From an uncultured Acidimicrobiales bacterium (GTDB taxonomy: Bacteria; Actinomycetota; Acidimicrobiia; Acidimicrobiales; UBA10347), in the NCBI GenBank assembly GCA_937991435.1, contig CALKPY010000028.1, positions 15,924-79,923 on the forward strand: a DNA stretch of 64,000 nt. Reading direction: 5' to 3'. A program made the translations under genes and the position numbers. The notes under the pieces are model-generated. The model was given only the letters and a program-made list of their open reading frames with translations. It had not been told where the DNA came from and made no database searches. Positions 63,548-64,000 of this stretch are shown in pieces; position 1 is the stretch's first letter, and each line of letters begins with the position of its first letter.

Positions 63548-64000
63548 CGGGAGCGAACTTCGCGTCGAGGTGCTTGATTCCGTTGATGAAGTTCGACCGT
63601 AGGTAGTCAGGCTCGCCTGCCGCGGCAATATCGGGAAGCCGCTCGAACAGCTCACGGAACATCGCGGCGATCTGGCGACGAGCGAGGTGAGCACCGAGAC
63701 AGAAGTGAGGTCCCGGCCCGCCAAAGCCCAACTGGGCGCTGTTATCTCGGGTGATGTCGAAGTCATACGGGTTTTCGAAGACCGCCGTGTCACGATTGCC
63801 TGAGCCGTACCAGAGCACGACCTTGTCGCCTTGTGAAAATGTGTGACCGCCTAGTTCGACGTTGTCTTGGGTCACGGTTCGGCGGAAATGCACGACTGGA
63901 GAAGCGAGCCGCACGATCTCTTCGACTGCACCACCGATGTGGGCCTCGAAATCGCTCACCAGCAACGCACGTTGATCCGGATTGTCAGTCAGCAACTTGA
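63540..64000 (-). CDS. Cytochrome P450, C-terminal part (gene continues beyond the right edge); CYP124/125-like tail
   Basis: The haem-thiolate loop is FGGPGPHFCLGAHLARRQI. The tail LRSNFINGIKHL is typical of that P450 group. The reading frame is open to position 64000. Confidence 0.85.
   Translation of the reverse strand, partial: KLLTDNPDQRALLVSDFEAHIGGAVEEIVRLASPVVHFRRTVTQDNVELGGHTFSQGDKVVLWYGSGNRDTAVFENPYDFDITRDNSAQLGFGGPGPHFCLGAHLARRQIAAMFRELFERLPDIAAAGEPDYLRSNFINGIKHLDAKFAPVG

Noticed and set aside
1-64000. Genomic island, prophage or mobile element signatures
   Set aside because: I see no integrase, transposase, phage structural gene or tRNA attachment site. Apart from two short AT-rich regulatory islands, no obvious compositional break is visible by eye.

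Overview
This is a gene-dense, high-GC segment (roughly 60 percent by eye, not computed) with about 50 protein-coding genes. I recognise no rRNA, tRNA, CRISPR array, transposase or integrase. Several signals point to an actinobacterium: a DinB/TIGR03086-type mycothiol-family protein, an LAxTG sorting signal, recC-recB-recD, a NirA/SirA-type sulfite reductase, many GTG/TTG starts, ATGA/GTGA stop-start overlaps, and TANNNT boxes 6-8 nt upstream of start codons. Ordinary content includes leuS, recCBD, a siroheme / sulfite reductase / metZ operon, citrate synthase, a two-gene ABC exporter pair, SDRs, methyltransferases, MFS transporters, and TetR and GntR regulators. The stand-out is a 17-kb same-strand, translationally coupled supercluster of 14 genes (1561..18529). 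It encodes an ABC exporter fused to an M14-peptidase-like tail, a 1094-aa GT-C-like membrane protein and two membrane-anchored extracytoplasmic proteins. It also encodes an H-NOX haem sensor wedged between two input-less histidine kinases, one of which is a hybrid with REC and HPt. The remaining genes are a GT4 / flippase / GT2 set and a sigma-factor-less partner-switching module (STAS, GAF-PP2C-kinase fusion, STAS, single REC). I read this as a candidate undescribed gas-responsive (probably NO) system that controls envelope glycosylation or export post-translationally. Secondary items are an HTH-citrate-synthase-like fusion regulator with an operator array, a 15-bp tandem repeat with a coupled mini-ORF between the ABC genes, and DUF4202 embedded in the sulfur operon. 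Further items are a repeat-built LAHTG surface protein, an orphan Mo-hydroxylase large subunit, and near-consensus leaderless promoters. All domain calls come from motif recognition and hand alignment. No HMM, BLAST or folding was run.
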